A DNA stretch of 64,000 nucleotides from Candidatus Kapaibacterium thiocyanatum (GTDB lineage: Bacteria; Bacteroidota; Ignavibacteria; Kapaibacteriales; Kapaibacteriaceae). Within the stretch, counting starts at the first letter, position 1. Each line of letters starts with the position of its first letter. This document shows, one piece after another, positions 54,677 to 64,000 of this stretch. Location of the stretch: assembly GCA_001899175.1 (NCBI GenBank), contig MKVH01000003.1, positions 309,735 to 373,734 of the forward strand, read 5' to 3'. The position numbers were made by a program, and so were the translations under genes. The notes beneath the pieces were generated by a model. That model saw only the letters and a list, made by a program, of their open reading frames with translations, searched no databases and was not told the origin of the DNA.

Positions 54677-56602
54677 ATGATCAAGATCACCCTGCCCAAC
54701 GGTGACGTCCGGGAGTATGCATCCGGCACTACCGGGATGGACATCGCCAAGAGTATTTCGGACGGCCTGGCACGCGTCGCCCTCGGCATCTTCGTCGACG
54801 GCGTACCGTACGACCTGTCGCGTCCCATCGTGGCCGATGCCGCCATCCGTATCGTGACGTTCGACAATGACGAAGGCCGCGAGATCTTCTGGCACTCCAC
54901 GGCCCACCTCATGGCCGAGGCGCTGGAAGGACTCTACCCTGGCGTGAAGTTCGGCATTGGACCACCCATCGAGAACGGATTCTACTACGACGTCGATCTG
55001 CCCGGTGATACGAAGCTGAGCGTCGAGGATCTTCCCGCCATCGAAGCGCGCATGCTCGAACTCGCCAGGCGCGACGTTCCGTATCGACGCGAAGAGGTGA
55101 CGTGGGACGATGCCGTGGCCTACTTCAACGAAAAGGGCGACGAATACAAGCTCGAACTGCTCGACGGGCTGAAGGGCCAGCAGGTCACCTTCTACCGACA
55201 GGGTGACTTCACCGATCTCTGTCGCGGTACGCATGTGCCGTCGACGGGCTTCATCAAGTATCCCAAGCTGCTGTCCGTTGCCGGTGCCTACTGGCGTGGC
55301 GACGAGAAGCGCAAGGTGCTCACGCGCATCTACGGCATCTCCTTCCCGAAGAAGCAGCAACTGGAAGAGTATCTCACGCAACGAGAGGAAGCGGAACGCC
55401 GTGACCATCGCAAGCTCGGCCGCGAGCTGGAGATCTACATGATCAACCCGATGATCGGCGGTGGCCTTCCCGTATGGCTGCCCAACGGCACGCTCATCCG
55501 TCGCCGGCTGGAAGCCTTCCTGCGCGAGGAACAGCTCAAGCGCGGATATCAGGAAGTGATCACGCCCCACATCGGTAACCTGGAATTGTACAAGACGTCC
55601 GGACACTATCCGTACTACGCCGAGTCGCAGTTCGCTCCGATCCAGGTGGAAGAGGAGCAGTACATGCTCAAGCCCATGAACTGTCCGCATCACCACCAGA
55701 TCTTCTCGTCGAAGCCGCGTTCCTATCGCGACCTTCCCGTCCGTATCGCCGAGTTCGGCACGGTCTATCGATACGAACAGTCGGGTGAGCTCAACGGTCT
55801 CTCCCGCGTACGCGGATTCACGCAGGACGATGCCCACATCTATTGCACGCACGATCAGTTGAAGGACGAGATCAAGAGCGTCGTCGAACTCACGCAGTTC
55901 GTGTTCAGCACCTTCGGTATGGACGTGACGACGCGCCTGTCCTTCCGTGACGACAACGCGGACAAGTACGGTGGCGACCTCGCACTGTGGGAAGTCTCGC
56001 AACGCGAGATCAAGGAGGCCGCCGACGAGATGGGGCTCGATTACTTCATCGGTGAAGGCGAAGCCGCCTTCTATGGACCGAAGATCGACTTCATCGTCCG
56101 CGACGCCATCGGCCGCAAGTGGCAGCTCGGTACGGTGCAGGTGGACTACGTCATGCCTGAACGATTCCAGCTCGAATACACCGGCGCCGATAACGCCAAG
56201 CATCGTCCGGTCATCATCCATCGTGCACCGTTCGGATCGATGGAGCGATTCATCTCCATTCTCATCGAGCACTATGCGGGCAACTTCCCGTTCTGGCTCG
56301 CACCGGTCCAGGTAAGCATCCTGCCCATCGCCGATGCGCACCATACGTATGCATCCGATCTCGCGGCCGAACTGGAAGCGATGGGCCTGCGTGTCCATCT
56401 CGACGTGAGGAACGAGAAGATCAATCGCAAGGTCGCCGAGAGCGAACAGAAGAAGGTGCCCTTCGCCCTCGTCGTCGGTGGCAAGGAAATCGAGAACGAT
56501 GCCGCCAGTGTGCGCAAGCATGGCGAAGGCGACAAGGGACAGATGAAGATCGCCGATATCAAGGCACTGTTCCGTGCGCTCAACGTACCCGGTGCGGAAT
56601 AA
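54677..56602 (+). CDS. thrS: Threonine--tRNA ligase
   Basis: TGS domain start MIKITLPNGDVREY. Editing-domain HSTAHLMA. Class II motifs (FRHE-like YRYEQSGELNGLSRVRGFTQDDAHIY; GEAAFYGPKIDF; HRAPFGSMERF). Anticodon-binding C-terminus. Confidence 0.98.
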   Translation: MIKITLPNGDVREYASGTTGMDIAKSISDGLARVALGIFVDGVPYDLSRPIVADAAIRIVTFDNDEGREIFWHSTAHLMAEALEGLYPGVKFGIGPPIENGFYYDVDLPGDTKLSVEDLPAIEARMLELARRDVPYRREEVTWDDAVAYFNEKGDEYKLELLDGLKGQQVTFYRQGDFTDLCRGTHVPSTGFIKYPKLLSVAGAYWRGDEKRKVLTRIYGISFPKKQQLEEYLTQREEAERRDHRKLGRELEIYMINPMIGGGLPVWLPNGTLIRRRLEAFLREEQLKRGYQEVITPHIGNLELYKTSGHYPYYAESQFAPIQVEEEQYMLKPMNCPHHHQIFSSKPRSYRDLPVRIAEFGTVYRYEQSGELNGLSRVRGFTQDDAHIYCTHDQLKDEIKSVVELTQFVFSTFGMDVTTRLSFRDDNADKYGGDLALWEVSQREIKEAADEMGLDYFIGEGEAAFYGPKIDFIVRDAIGRKWQLGTVQVDYVMPERFQLEYTGADNAKHRPVIIHRAPFGSMERFISILIEHYAGNFPFWLAPVQVSILPIADAHHTYASDLAAELEAMGLRVHLDVRNEKINRKVAESEQKKVPFALVVGGKEIENDAASVRKHGEGDKGQMKIADIKALFRALNVPGAE

Positions 56603-56605
56603 TCG

Positions 56606-58210
56606 ATGGGGCCGATGCCGAAGCCGCCGATGATCGATCGAGGACTACGGTCGACGTACGGGATGGTCACCATGATCGTCCTGTACGTCGTCCTGTTCTG
56701 CAGCGGTCTCGCCGCCGCACCGGCGGAGGAGATCCGCGTCTCACGGTCGTCGCCGCGCAACACCATCTATACTTTCCTGCGCACGCAGGCCGAGGACGTC
56801 CAGCGCCCGGACCTCGCGGCGCGTACGCTCAACGGCAGGGGATTCGGTGCCGATGAACTGACGAAGCGTGCCGGGCAGCTCAAGACGTTTCTCGATGTAC
56901 GAGGCCTCTTCGTCGATCTCGAGTCCGTGCCCAACGATCCCAACTACAAGGATAGTGCCACGGATCAGAATATCTATCGTCCGTTCATCGACGAACCACG
57001 CATCACCCTCGAGCGTGTCGGAAGCGAATGGTACATGAGCCGCCGCACGGTAGCCAGTGTTCCCGATCTCTATGCCGAGATCTATCCGTTCGGACTCGAC
57101 CGTTTCGTCGCTCTCTTCCCCATGCAGGGAACGCGTATTCTCGGTCTGTACGTCTGGCAGCACATAGGTCTCGCCATCATCCTCATCCTGGGCTTCATCA
57201 TCGGACGCGTCATCGCCGCCATCACCATGCGCCTGTTGAAGCGGTTCACGCGGGCATGGAAGCTGCCGGAGGAATCGGTGGACATCCTGAAGTCGGCCGC
57301 GAAGCCTTTCTCGCTGATGGTCGCGATCTGCTTCTTCAGTCTGTTGCTGCCGCTGCTCAGGCTCCCTGCCGACATCTCCCACTGGGGCGTCATCATCATC
57401 CGTGCCCTGCTGCCGTTCTTCGGCATCGTCACGGTCTACCGTCTCGTCGACATCGTGGCGCTGCGTGCGGAGCAGCTCGCACAGCGGACGCAGAGCACGC
57501 TGGACGACCAGCTCGTGCCGTTGTTCCGCAAGGCGCTGAAGTTCTTCGTCATCCTCGTCGGTCTTATCTTCATCTTCCAGAATCTCAACTTCGACATCAC
57601 GGCCTTGCTCGCCGGCGTTTCCATCGGTGGTGTGGCCCTCGCTTTCGCGTCGCAGGATACCATCAAGAACGTCTTCGGTTCGGTGATGATCTTCGCCGAT
57701 CGTCCGTTCACCATCGGCGACTGGATTTCCGTGACCGGCGCCGAAGGCGTCGTGGAGGAAGTCGGCTTCCGCAGCACGCGCATACGGACGTTCGCCAACA
57801 GCCTCGTGTCGATTCCGAACGGCCGTCTCGCCGACATGACGATCGACAACATGGGGCTTCGCGTCTATCGACGTTACAAGACCACGCTCGGTATCAACTA
57901 CTCCACGTCGCCGGAGAAGCTGCAGGCCTTCGTCGATGGCGTCAAGCGCATCATGGCCGACCATCCTCACACGGTCAAGGAACCGGGCAAGATGATCGCC
58001 GGCTTCTCGGACTTCGATGCATCGTCGTTGAACGTCACCGTTTCCATGTTCTTCGATGCCGCCGACTACGAAGCGGAACTCACCTATCGTGAACAGGTCA
58101 ACATGGCCATGCTCAGGCTTGCCGCCGAACTCGGCGTGACGTATGCCTATCCTTCACGCACGGTCTATGTCGAATCGATGCCGACTACGCAGTCAATCGC
58201 GAATAGATGA
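56606..58210 (+). CDS. Mechanosensitive ion channel (MscS family) with N-terminal extension
   Basis: Several TM helices followed by the MscS core SQDTIKNVFGSVMIFADRPFTIGDWISVTGAEGVVEEVGFRSTRIRTFANSLVSIPNGRL. Exact start uncertain. Confidence 0.9.
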   Translation: MGPMPKPPMIDRGLRSTYGMVTMIVLYVVLFCSGLAAAPAEEIRVSRSSPRNTIYTFLRTQAEDVQRPDLAARTLNGRGFGADELTKRAGQLKTFLDVRGLFVDLESVPNDPNYKDSATDQNIYRPFIDEPRITLERVGSEWYMSRRTVASVPDLYAEIYPFGLDRFVALFPMQGTRILGLYVWQHIGLAIILILGFIIGRVIAAITMRLLKRFTRAWKLPEESVDILKSAAKPFSLMVAICFFSLLLPLLRLPADISHWGVIIIRALLPFFGIVTVYRLVDIVALRAEQLAQRTQSTLDDQLVPLFRKALKFFVILVGLIFIFQNLNFDITALLAGVSIGGVALAFASQDTIKNVFGSVMIFADRPFTIGDWISVTGAEGVVEEVGFRSTRIRTFANSLVSIPNGRLADMTIDNMGLRVYRRYKTTLGINYSTSPEKLQAFVDGVKRIMADHPHTVKEPGKMIAGFSDFDASSLNVTVSMFFDAADYEAELTYREQVNMAMLRLAAELGVTYAYPSRTVYVESMPTTQSIANR

Positions 58211-58756
58211 GCATATAGTTATTCTTTATGAATGAGTGTATCTCATTGATGAAGCTGGATTATCCACGACATGATGAAATAATGTAGCATCATATGTCGA
58301 TATCGATGATGGAGTATTGATCGACTTTGTCATATCTTCGCGCTGTGTATTGAACGAGAGCATGACGACGAATGAAAGGACTCCGAACGATTGTCACGAT
58401 GTTCGGACGACGATACGACAGATCGATAGCAGGGAGCGGCGATGGAGATCATGTGCTTCGACATGATGACCGCTCATGACGATGCTTGACGACGATGTGA
58501 ATTCGACGATTCGATAACCAGGACACTCCTTCAGGATTTGCGACCGGGACCGACCTCCCGTAACCACGCGACACGACCGACATGATTCTTCCGGCATACA
58601 CCACGAACACGTGGGATCCGGACATCCGAGTGTGGAACGAGTACCAGAGCCGGCTTGCAGGCCGGACGACGAGCGGAACGAGGCCGGCAGTGCGGTGCGG
58701 CCTGTACGACGATCCTTGCGTCCGATGGACCTGACCAGTCCGACGATGCAGGACAT

Positions 58757-58767
58757 CCCCCCCCCCC
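58757..58767. repeat. Homopolymeric C11 (G11 on the minus strand) tract in a non-coding region
   Basis: Read directly: ...gacat ccccccccccc gatatt.... It lies 383 nt upstream of ATG 59150. Confidence 0.95.
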
Positions 58768-59149
58768 GATATTCCGACGTAGGCCATGACTGCATACGAT
58801 CCGAATACGTTGTAGCGCTTCAGGACACGTGAACATCGCCGTTTCACTTCGGATCGTGTTCACACGACGAACGTGCGGAGAGCCGCCATCGTTCACGACC
58901 GCAATGCGGATCGATGTGCGGCATGAAACCAGGACGACCTTCGGGAAAGGTCTCCATACTACATCGACATAGCGTGCGATACGGTCCGATATCACTGGCC
59001 TATCGCCCGTCGACCGGTCCGTGCGGCCAGCAGATAGTGTCCGTACATCATACCATCATCCGGCCTGCACAACTCCATGTGCGGTCAGGACTCCTTCCTG
59101 TGCCGATGCGACCGTATACCCTTTCGAGTACAATGATTGTGCGTGGATC

Positions 59150-62100
59150 ATGAAGCATCACATCCTTGCCCTGTTCGCGGTACTGCTGGCCGTTCCGTTG
59201 CACGAAGCGCATGCCCAGCTTCAACCGCAGCCGAGCGTCGATCCCTTCACCGGGGCCTTCCAGTGCGCTATCCCGGTCATGACCGTGCCGGGTCCGCACG
59301 GCAGCAGCTATACCATCACGCTCAACTACAGCAGCGAAGTGCGCGCCGAGGAGGAAGCGTCGTGGGTTGGATACGGGTGGACGCTCGAGGCGCCGGCCGT
59401 CTATCGCATGCGCAAAGGGCTTCCGGACGATATGAAGGAGCGTACCGTGCTCTATCACGACAAGGGAACGATCAACATGAGTTCGTTGTCCCTGCGTGGT
59501 GGCGGTGAAATACTCAGCTTCAACAACAGTTTCGTCAGCTCCTTCGGTTTGGGTGGTACGTTCATGGTATCGTGTAATTCCATGACCGGCTTCGATGCTG
59601 TCACGGGCATAGCTCCGAATGTCGGCATCAGTCTCCCGAACGGGCTCAACCTCGGTATCGGCCTATCCTACGACACGAAGGGACGGTTCGGCCTGGGTAT
59701 GGGAATGGGCCAGAAGTCGAGGACAGGAGGGCCTTCCACATCCATCTTCGGTATTTCGATGTTCAGCTACGATCCTCAGTCGCGGCAGAGTCCGAACGCC
59801 GGCATGCAGCGTCCCTTCAGCGGTGAGAACGATATCTCGGAACTGTCGTTCCGGCTCGGCTTCTACGAAGCGGCGGGAACCTTCACCACGTCGACCATCA
59901 CCTTCGTCGATCAGACGAAGACGGCCAACGGCTATCTCTACGTTCCCGATGCCATGACGCCGGGTCGGCCCGACATCATGATGGACTATCTCGTCGAACG
60001 TGAACACAACGTCTCTCGCGACGACCCGAGCACGCTACCGATACCGTTGCCTGCCAACGACGAATTCCTCGTGAGCGCTCCCGGTTTCGGCGGGAAGTTC
60101 CGCGCCCACCACGCTCTTCCACTCGGTCTCCGTCCTTCCGTGCAGACGTCGTCGATCGACGTTCGTTCGCTCAGCATCAAGGGTGTCGCCGGGGTCAACT
60201 ACGGGGCCGGTCTCGGCGGCATCGTACCGTTTCCCGCGACGCATACGATGCAGACGAGTGGCCTGGGTACGGAATGGAATCTCAACGGCGAGACGGCGGA
60301 ATGGCTCGCCCAGCGACGTATGCAGCCGTTCTTCCGGTACGTCGACGATCCTGCCGACGAAGTGCGGTATTCGTCGACGGACGGCAGCCTCGTGCCCGGT
60401 TTCGACGGTCTGTCGAAGTCGGCCTATCATCCGGTAAACAGAGGGCGCCTGCCACGTATGAATCGATCCGTCGAGTACCGTACGGCGGGCGATCTCAGGA
60501 ATCTCTACGGTATCGCAACGGGCAACAATATCCTGCGGCGTAGTATCGAAGCCCGCTTCAGGGGAACGAACTATACGATCGAGAGCATGCCTCCCGAAGT
60601 GATCATGGATTTCACCGTGACCAACGAAGACGGATCCATGATCGACTTCAATACGGCGCTGTACTGTTTCAACGAGAAGTCGACAACCTACACGAAACTC
60701 GACAAGGGGCTGAATGTACTCCGCCCTGCGACACGTGTGTTCTATTCAACGGTGCCATACAAGGAAGGTGATGCCAGCGACGTAAGTACGCGCGAGATGT
60801 CCCATCCCTATGTTCATACGTGGTATGCGACGGCCATGTACAGTCCCGACTATGTCGACGTCAATGACAACGGACCCGATGACGCCGATGCAGGAGGATG
60901 GACGACGTTCGGCTATACGGACCGGATGACACGCCGGTGGCGATCGCCTTATAACGGATACTGGATCGACAGACAGGACGTGGACGACAACGTCGACGAC
61001 GTTCTGAGTTTCGCCACGGGCCGCCAGCAACAGACGTTCCTGACGAGAGTGGAAACGGCTACTCACGTAGCCTACTTCTATACGAACAAGGATATTCCGC
61101 CGACGTCCGGGCCGGTGCAGCGCCTGGATGGCTATGAACCCGCCGCCGATGGCAGCGAAGCGAACGTGCCATCTCCACGCCCGATGGTGAACGACGTTCC
61201 GTACCTTTCGCAAATCGTCCTCTACAAGAAGAATGGCGCCAATCCGCCGATCAAGCTGCAGACGGTCCACTTCAGCTACGACTATTCCGTGGCGCCCGGC
61301 AATCCGTCGTCGGCGTCGTATGGCGGAACGCACGTCGGCAAGCTCACGCTGCGACGCATCTGGACCGAAGGTCGCGACGTTAAGGAGTCGTCCATCGCTC
61401 CCGTCGACTTCTACTACAACTATCCGACGGCAGGAACGGGCGCGGGCACGACGACGAAGGACGAGATCAACGTCGGTCCGCTTACGGCGCGATACGGTGC
61501 GAGCGTATCGTTCCCGTCTCCCGTCACCGAGAATCCGACCTTCAATGCCAACAACGTCGATGCATGGGGATATCAGACCGGTATACGACCGGCTGACGAT
61601 CCCGGTAATCCCGTCATGGAGATGCAGCGCTTCGCGCCGCCGCAATACTGGCAGACCGCTGGCGACCCCGGTACCTATCGCCTGAAGACGATCAAGATGC
61701 CGACGGGCAATCGTATCGTGCCCATCTACGAGCGTCGTACCTATGCCTGGGTGCAGGACAAGCCGGCCATGTCACTGGTACCGTTGACGCAGTATGCAGG
61801 AGATATCAGCCGACGGAACAAGACGGGACCGAGTGCGCAGGAGAATGCCTTCACCGTGGCGGTACAGCAGGTTGGACTCGACCCTGCCGACGCCACCGGA
61901 ATCGATCGCTACGTGGCCAATCTGAAGAGTCGCTTCGTGGACAACGGCGAACCGATGTATTTCCGCTTCGCCTACGATCGTAACCTTTGCGACGATGCGA
62001 CCCAGCCACTGGATCAGTTCTACGTACGCGGCTACGGCAAGGTCGTGTCCTGCTCGCTCGTGACGGTGACCGGAGGGCAGAAGGCCATACGTCTTACCAT

Positions 62101-64000
62101 CGGTGCGATGGACGACAGCAACTTCGGGACGTCGACCATGTCCACACTCCAGGAGGCCCAGTATAACTCGCCCTATGGAGTGGTGATCAAGTACTGGAAG
62201 ACCTTCCTGCAAGGGAAATGTCAATGCGACGACGGCGATGCCTACGACCCGATGGGTCTAATGATCAAGTTCGGTCTGCTGCCCGGCTGGATGTTCAATC
62301 AGATCGTTTCCATCCCGACGTCGAGTCTCGCCCGCATCGTGCCCATACGGTCCGTGCTCAAGTTGCCACTGGCCGGTGTCAAGGCCGGAGGTGGTGCCCG
62401 TGTCGCACGTCTCCTCACGATCTCTCCCGACGGTACACAGGAAGCAGGTGACGCCTCCGCGCTCGGTACGGAGTACATCTACGGCGACCGCACTGGCACT
62501 GTGGAAAAGGAATCATGGGGTGTGGCCACGAACGAGCCCGATATCATGCGCGAGGAGAATGCCGTCGTCGGCATCGACACCGAATACTGGCACAGGGCCG
62601 CCAACGAAATCCTCGACGATGCCTTGCTGGCGAAGATGGAAGGTCCAATCGGCTACAGTCTGCTGCCCGGCGCATCGGTAGGATATTCGAAGATCGTCAT
62701 GCGTCCGCTCAACAGGCAGGTCAACACGGCCGGCTACGCGATCATGAAGTACGCCACGGTCAGGGATGTACCGACGGTGGTCGCGACGAAGACCACGGCC
62801 AGCGTCCTTCCCAATGACTATCACCCGCTGTCGGTGCCGATGTTCCAGCGATCGAAGATGGACGTCGGTATCAGACAGGGTTTTGCCATCAAGCTGCGTC
62901 AGCATCACGGTCTGCTGCTTTCGTCCGAACGGTACAGCGGCGTCCATGAATCGGCGGAAACGCAACGTCTCGTCTCGTCGACGCAGTACGATTACACGAT
63001 GCCTGGCGATCTCATCGACTACTTCAATACCGAAGACCATACCCTGCGTGCACGGGCCGGTCTCGACCATCAGGACCTCATGACGGAGTCGCGCCTCTTC
63101 ACCGAGAAGCTCGACATGTTCCGTGGCGACTTCACGATCGAGATCAATCCCGCCGCACCCGTCTTCCCGCTCACGGGCCTCGGCTTCCTGTACAACGGTG
63201 TGAACCATTCACTGAAGACGTATGTCGCGACGAATATCCAGCGTCAGACGCCGGTCGTGCGCAGAACGATATCGATGGTGGACGGACGCCGCGATACGTC
63301 GGAAATCATGGCCTATGATATCCGTACGGGCCTCCCGGCGATTACGCGACGAACGGATTCCTATCAGGGAACGTCGGCGACGGGTTCGGTACCGGCAGGT
63401 AACCACAATAGTTCCATCACCGCGGTAACGACTCCGGCGCTGGCCGTCTATCCTGACGTAGGACAGCGTGCGGAGCTCTATCGGCAAGTATTCAAGAGTA
63501 GCAGCAATCATCCGGTATACGGTGTGGTGACTGCGGACGTCGTATCGCCCACGGCACTGAAGCTTACCCGTAGCGTCGGAACGATCAACGACGGCAGAAC
63601 CGACTCGCTGATGAACCTGTTCAGGATAGGCGATGAGTTCGCCATCTATCAGGGTACGACCTTGCAAGCCATCGTTGCCTCCACTGGCATACCGGTTCTG
63701 GCAACAGGTTCCATCACCATTCCGGTCAGGGCCAAGGTCGGTACGCTGGCTACGACGACGAATGTAGAAGTCGTCGTGCTGCGTTCCGGACGCAAGAACT
63801 TCATCATGGCCCAGGCCGCATCAACCGCATACTACGGCCTGGATCTCGCGCCCGCCGTCACGCGAAGCAGGGCATTGTATGGGCTTGAACGCAATCTCAA
63901 CGCCTTCAACGACTTCGTGCGTGATGGCTCCGGGGCGGTGAGCCGGACGTACGTGAACTATCTGCGATTCGATAACGGTAGCGCATCGTTCGACGTCACG
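59150..64000 (+). CDS. Very large secreted protein, 3'-truncated by the window edge (over 1617 aa seen), with an SpvB/Tc-toxin-B-like N-terminal motif
   Basis: Hand translation of + frame 2 from ATG 59150 to nt 64000 found no stop codon. The ORF is absent from the supplied track, and every track ORF in this span is in another frame or antisense. Signal peptide MKHHILALFAVLLAVPLHEAHA. Then DPFTGAFQCAIPVMTVPGPHGSSYTITLNYSS.......SWVGYGWTLEAPAVYRMRKGLPDD. Confidence applies to coding status; the family call is weaker. Confidence 0.85.
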   Translation, partial: MKHHILALFAVLLAVPLHEAHAQLQPQPSVDPFTGAFQCAIPVMTVPGPHGSSYTITLNYSSEVRAEEEASWVGYGWTLEAPAVYRMRKGLPDDMKERTVLYHDKGTINMSSLSLRGGGEILSFNNSFVSSFGLGGTFMVSCNSMTGFDAVTGIAPNVGISLPNGLNLGIGLSYDTKGRFGLGMGMGQKSRTGGPSTSIFGISMFSYDPQSRQSPNAGMQRPFSGENDISELSFRLGFYEAAGTFTTSTITFVDQTKTANGYLYVPDAMTPGRPDIMMDYLVEREHNVSRDDPSTLPIPLPANDEFLVSAPGFGGKFRAHHALPLGLRPSVQTSSIDVRSLSIKGVAGVNYGAGLGGIVPFPATHTMQTSGLGTEWNLNGETAEWLAQRRMQPFFRYVDDPADEVRYSSTDGSLVPGFDGLSKSAYHPVNRGRLPRMNRSVEYRTAGDLRNLYGIATGNNILRRSIEARFRGTNYTIESMPPEVIMDFTVTNEDGSMIDFNTALYCFNEKSTTYTKLDKGLNVLRPATRVFYSTVPYKEGDASDVSTREMSHPYVHTWYATAMYSPDYVDVNDNGPDDADAGGWTTFGYTDRMTRRWRSPYNGYWIDRQDVDDNVDDVLSFATGRQQQTFLTRVETATHVAYFYTNKDIPPTSGPVQRLDGYEPAADGSEANVPSPRPMVNDVPYLSQIVLYKKNGANPPIKLQTVHFSYDYSVAPGNPSSASYGGTHVGKLTLRRIWTEGRDVKESSIAPVDFYYNYPTAGTGAGTTTKDEINVGPLTARYGASVSFPSPVTENPTFNANNVDAWGYQTGIRPADDPGNPVMEMQRFAPPQYWQTAGDPGTYRLKTIKMPTGNRIVPIYERRTYAWVQDKPAMSLVPLTQYAGDISRRNKTGPSAQENAFTVAVQQVGLDPADATGIDRYVANLKSRFVDNGEPMYFRFAYDRNLCDDATQPLDQFYVRGYGKVVSCSLVTVTGGQKAIRLTIGAMDDSNFGTSTMSTLQEAQYNSPYGVVIKYWKTFLQGKCQCDDGDAYDPMGLMIKFGLLPGWMFNQIVSIPTSSLARIVPIRSVLKLPLAGVKAGGGARVARLLTISPDGTQEAGDASALGTEYIYGDRTGTVEKESWGVATNEPDIMREENAVVGIDTEYWHRAANEILDDALLAKMEGPIGYSLLPGASVGYSKIVMRPLNRQVNTAGYAIMKYATVRDVPTVVATKTTASVLPNDYHPLSVPMFQRSKMDVGIRQGFAIKLRQHHGLLLSSERYSGVHESAETQRLVSSTQYDYTMPGDLIDYFNTEDHTLRARAGLDHQDLMTESRLFTEKLDMFRGDFTIEINPAAPVFPLTGLGFLYNGVNHSLKTYVATNIQRQTPVVRRTISMVDGRRDTSEIMAYDIRTGLPAITRRTDSYQGTSATGSVPAGNHNSSITAVTTPALAVYPDVGQRAELYRQVFKSSSNHPVYGVVTADVVSPTALKLTRSVGTINDGRTDSLMNLFRIGDEFAIYQGTTLQAIVASTGIPVLATGSITIPVRAKVGTLATTTNVEVVVLRSGRKNFIMAQAASTAYYGLDLAPAVTRSRALYGLERNLNAFNDFVRDGSGAVSRTYVNYLRFDNGSASFDVT

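Noticed and set aside
12641-56521. Other long antisense or shadow ORFs: 12641..14557(-), 26314..28089(+), 31434..33623(+), 34406..36019(+), 37679..39148(-), 40199..43354(-), 48355..51552(-), 54659..56521(-), 56741..57970(-)
   Set aside because: Each lies opposite a gene with unambiguous family signatures (BNR proteins, dnaK, TlpA-like, catalase, polA, T9SS cargo, thrS, MscS). Each encodes low-complexity R/D/H/G-rich sequence.
58394-58995. Whether the three overlapping minus-strand ORFs around the poly-G/C tract are one gene switched by a frameshift at the tract
   Set aside because: Joining 58995..58768 to 58756..58394 gives an R/S/G-rich sequence with no signal peptide, motif or codon bias typical of the window. 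It was treated as non-coding.
1-64000. Search for CRISPR arrays, rRNA/tRNA genes, transposases, integrases and prophage blocks
   Set aside because: I saw no regularly spaced direct repeats, no cloverleaf-compatible tRNA sequences, no rRNA-like segments, and no DDE, tyrosine or serine recombinase motifs in any frame. This is a by-eye scan only; tRNAscan, Infernal and a CRISPR finder would be decisive.

Overview
High-GC, gene-dense chromosomal segment, about 40 genes, many joined by 4-nt ATGA start/stop overlaps. It most likely comes from a member of the Fibrobacteres-Chlorobi-Bacteroidetes (FCB) group. At least six large secreted proteins end in type-IX-secretion (T9SS/Por) C-terminal sorting domains, while GGAGG-type Shine-Dalgarno sequences are still present. 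I cannot place it more precisely. Housekeeping genes I recognise: obg (5' partial), paaB-paaC-paaD, a TonB-dependent receptor, an OmpR-type response regulator with a histidine kinase, hsp20, dnaK, a TlpA-like thiol-disulfide oxidoreductase, NlpC/P60, oxyR divergent from a catalase, terC, polA, a uppP-cyclophilin fusion followed by a second cyclophilin, an OmpA-family protein, argD-like, ykgJ-like, a THUMP RNA methyltransferase, thrS and an MscS channel. Accessory content is a 3417-aa T9SS adhesin with a repetitive Ig/PKD-like architecture, several BNR/Asp-box propeller T9SS cargos, and two paralogous roughly 1100-aa T9SS proteins. Five items deserve most attention. (1) A +strand ORF of more than 1600 codons runs off the 3' end of the window (59150..64000). 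It is missing from the supplied ORF track and opens with an SpvB/Tc-toxin-B-like motif. A 940-bp non-coding region with a C11 homopolymer lies upstream of it. (2) A translationally coupled minus-strand operon encodes a 4-TM protein, an effector-less AAA_16/TPR STAND-like ATPase, a VOC/bleomycin-resistance-like protein and a BNR T9SS cargo (31449..25255). (3) An ImmA/IrrE plus DUF4411 two-gene module is decayed; the DUF4411 frame is intact but carries three in-frame TAG codons. (4) A lower-GC islet holds a lipoprotein gene interrupted by one in-frame TAA. (5) The Paa epoxidase cluster is incomplete (paaBCD only). I saw no rRNA, tRNA, CRISPR array, transposase or integrase. The many long antisense ORFs in the track are high-GC artefacts.
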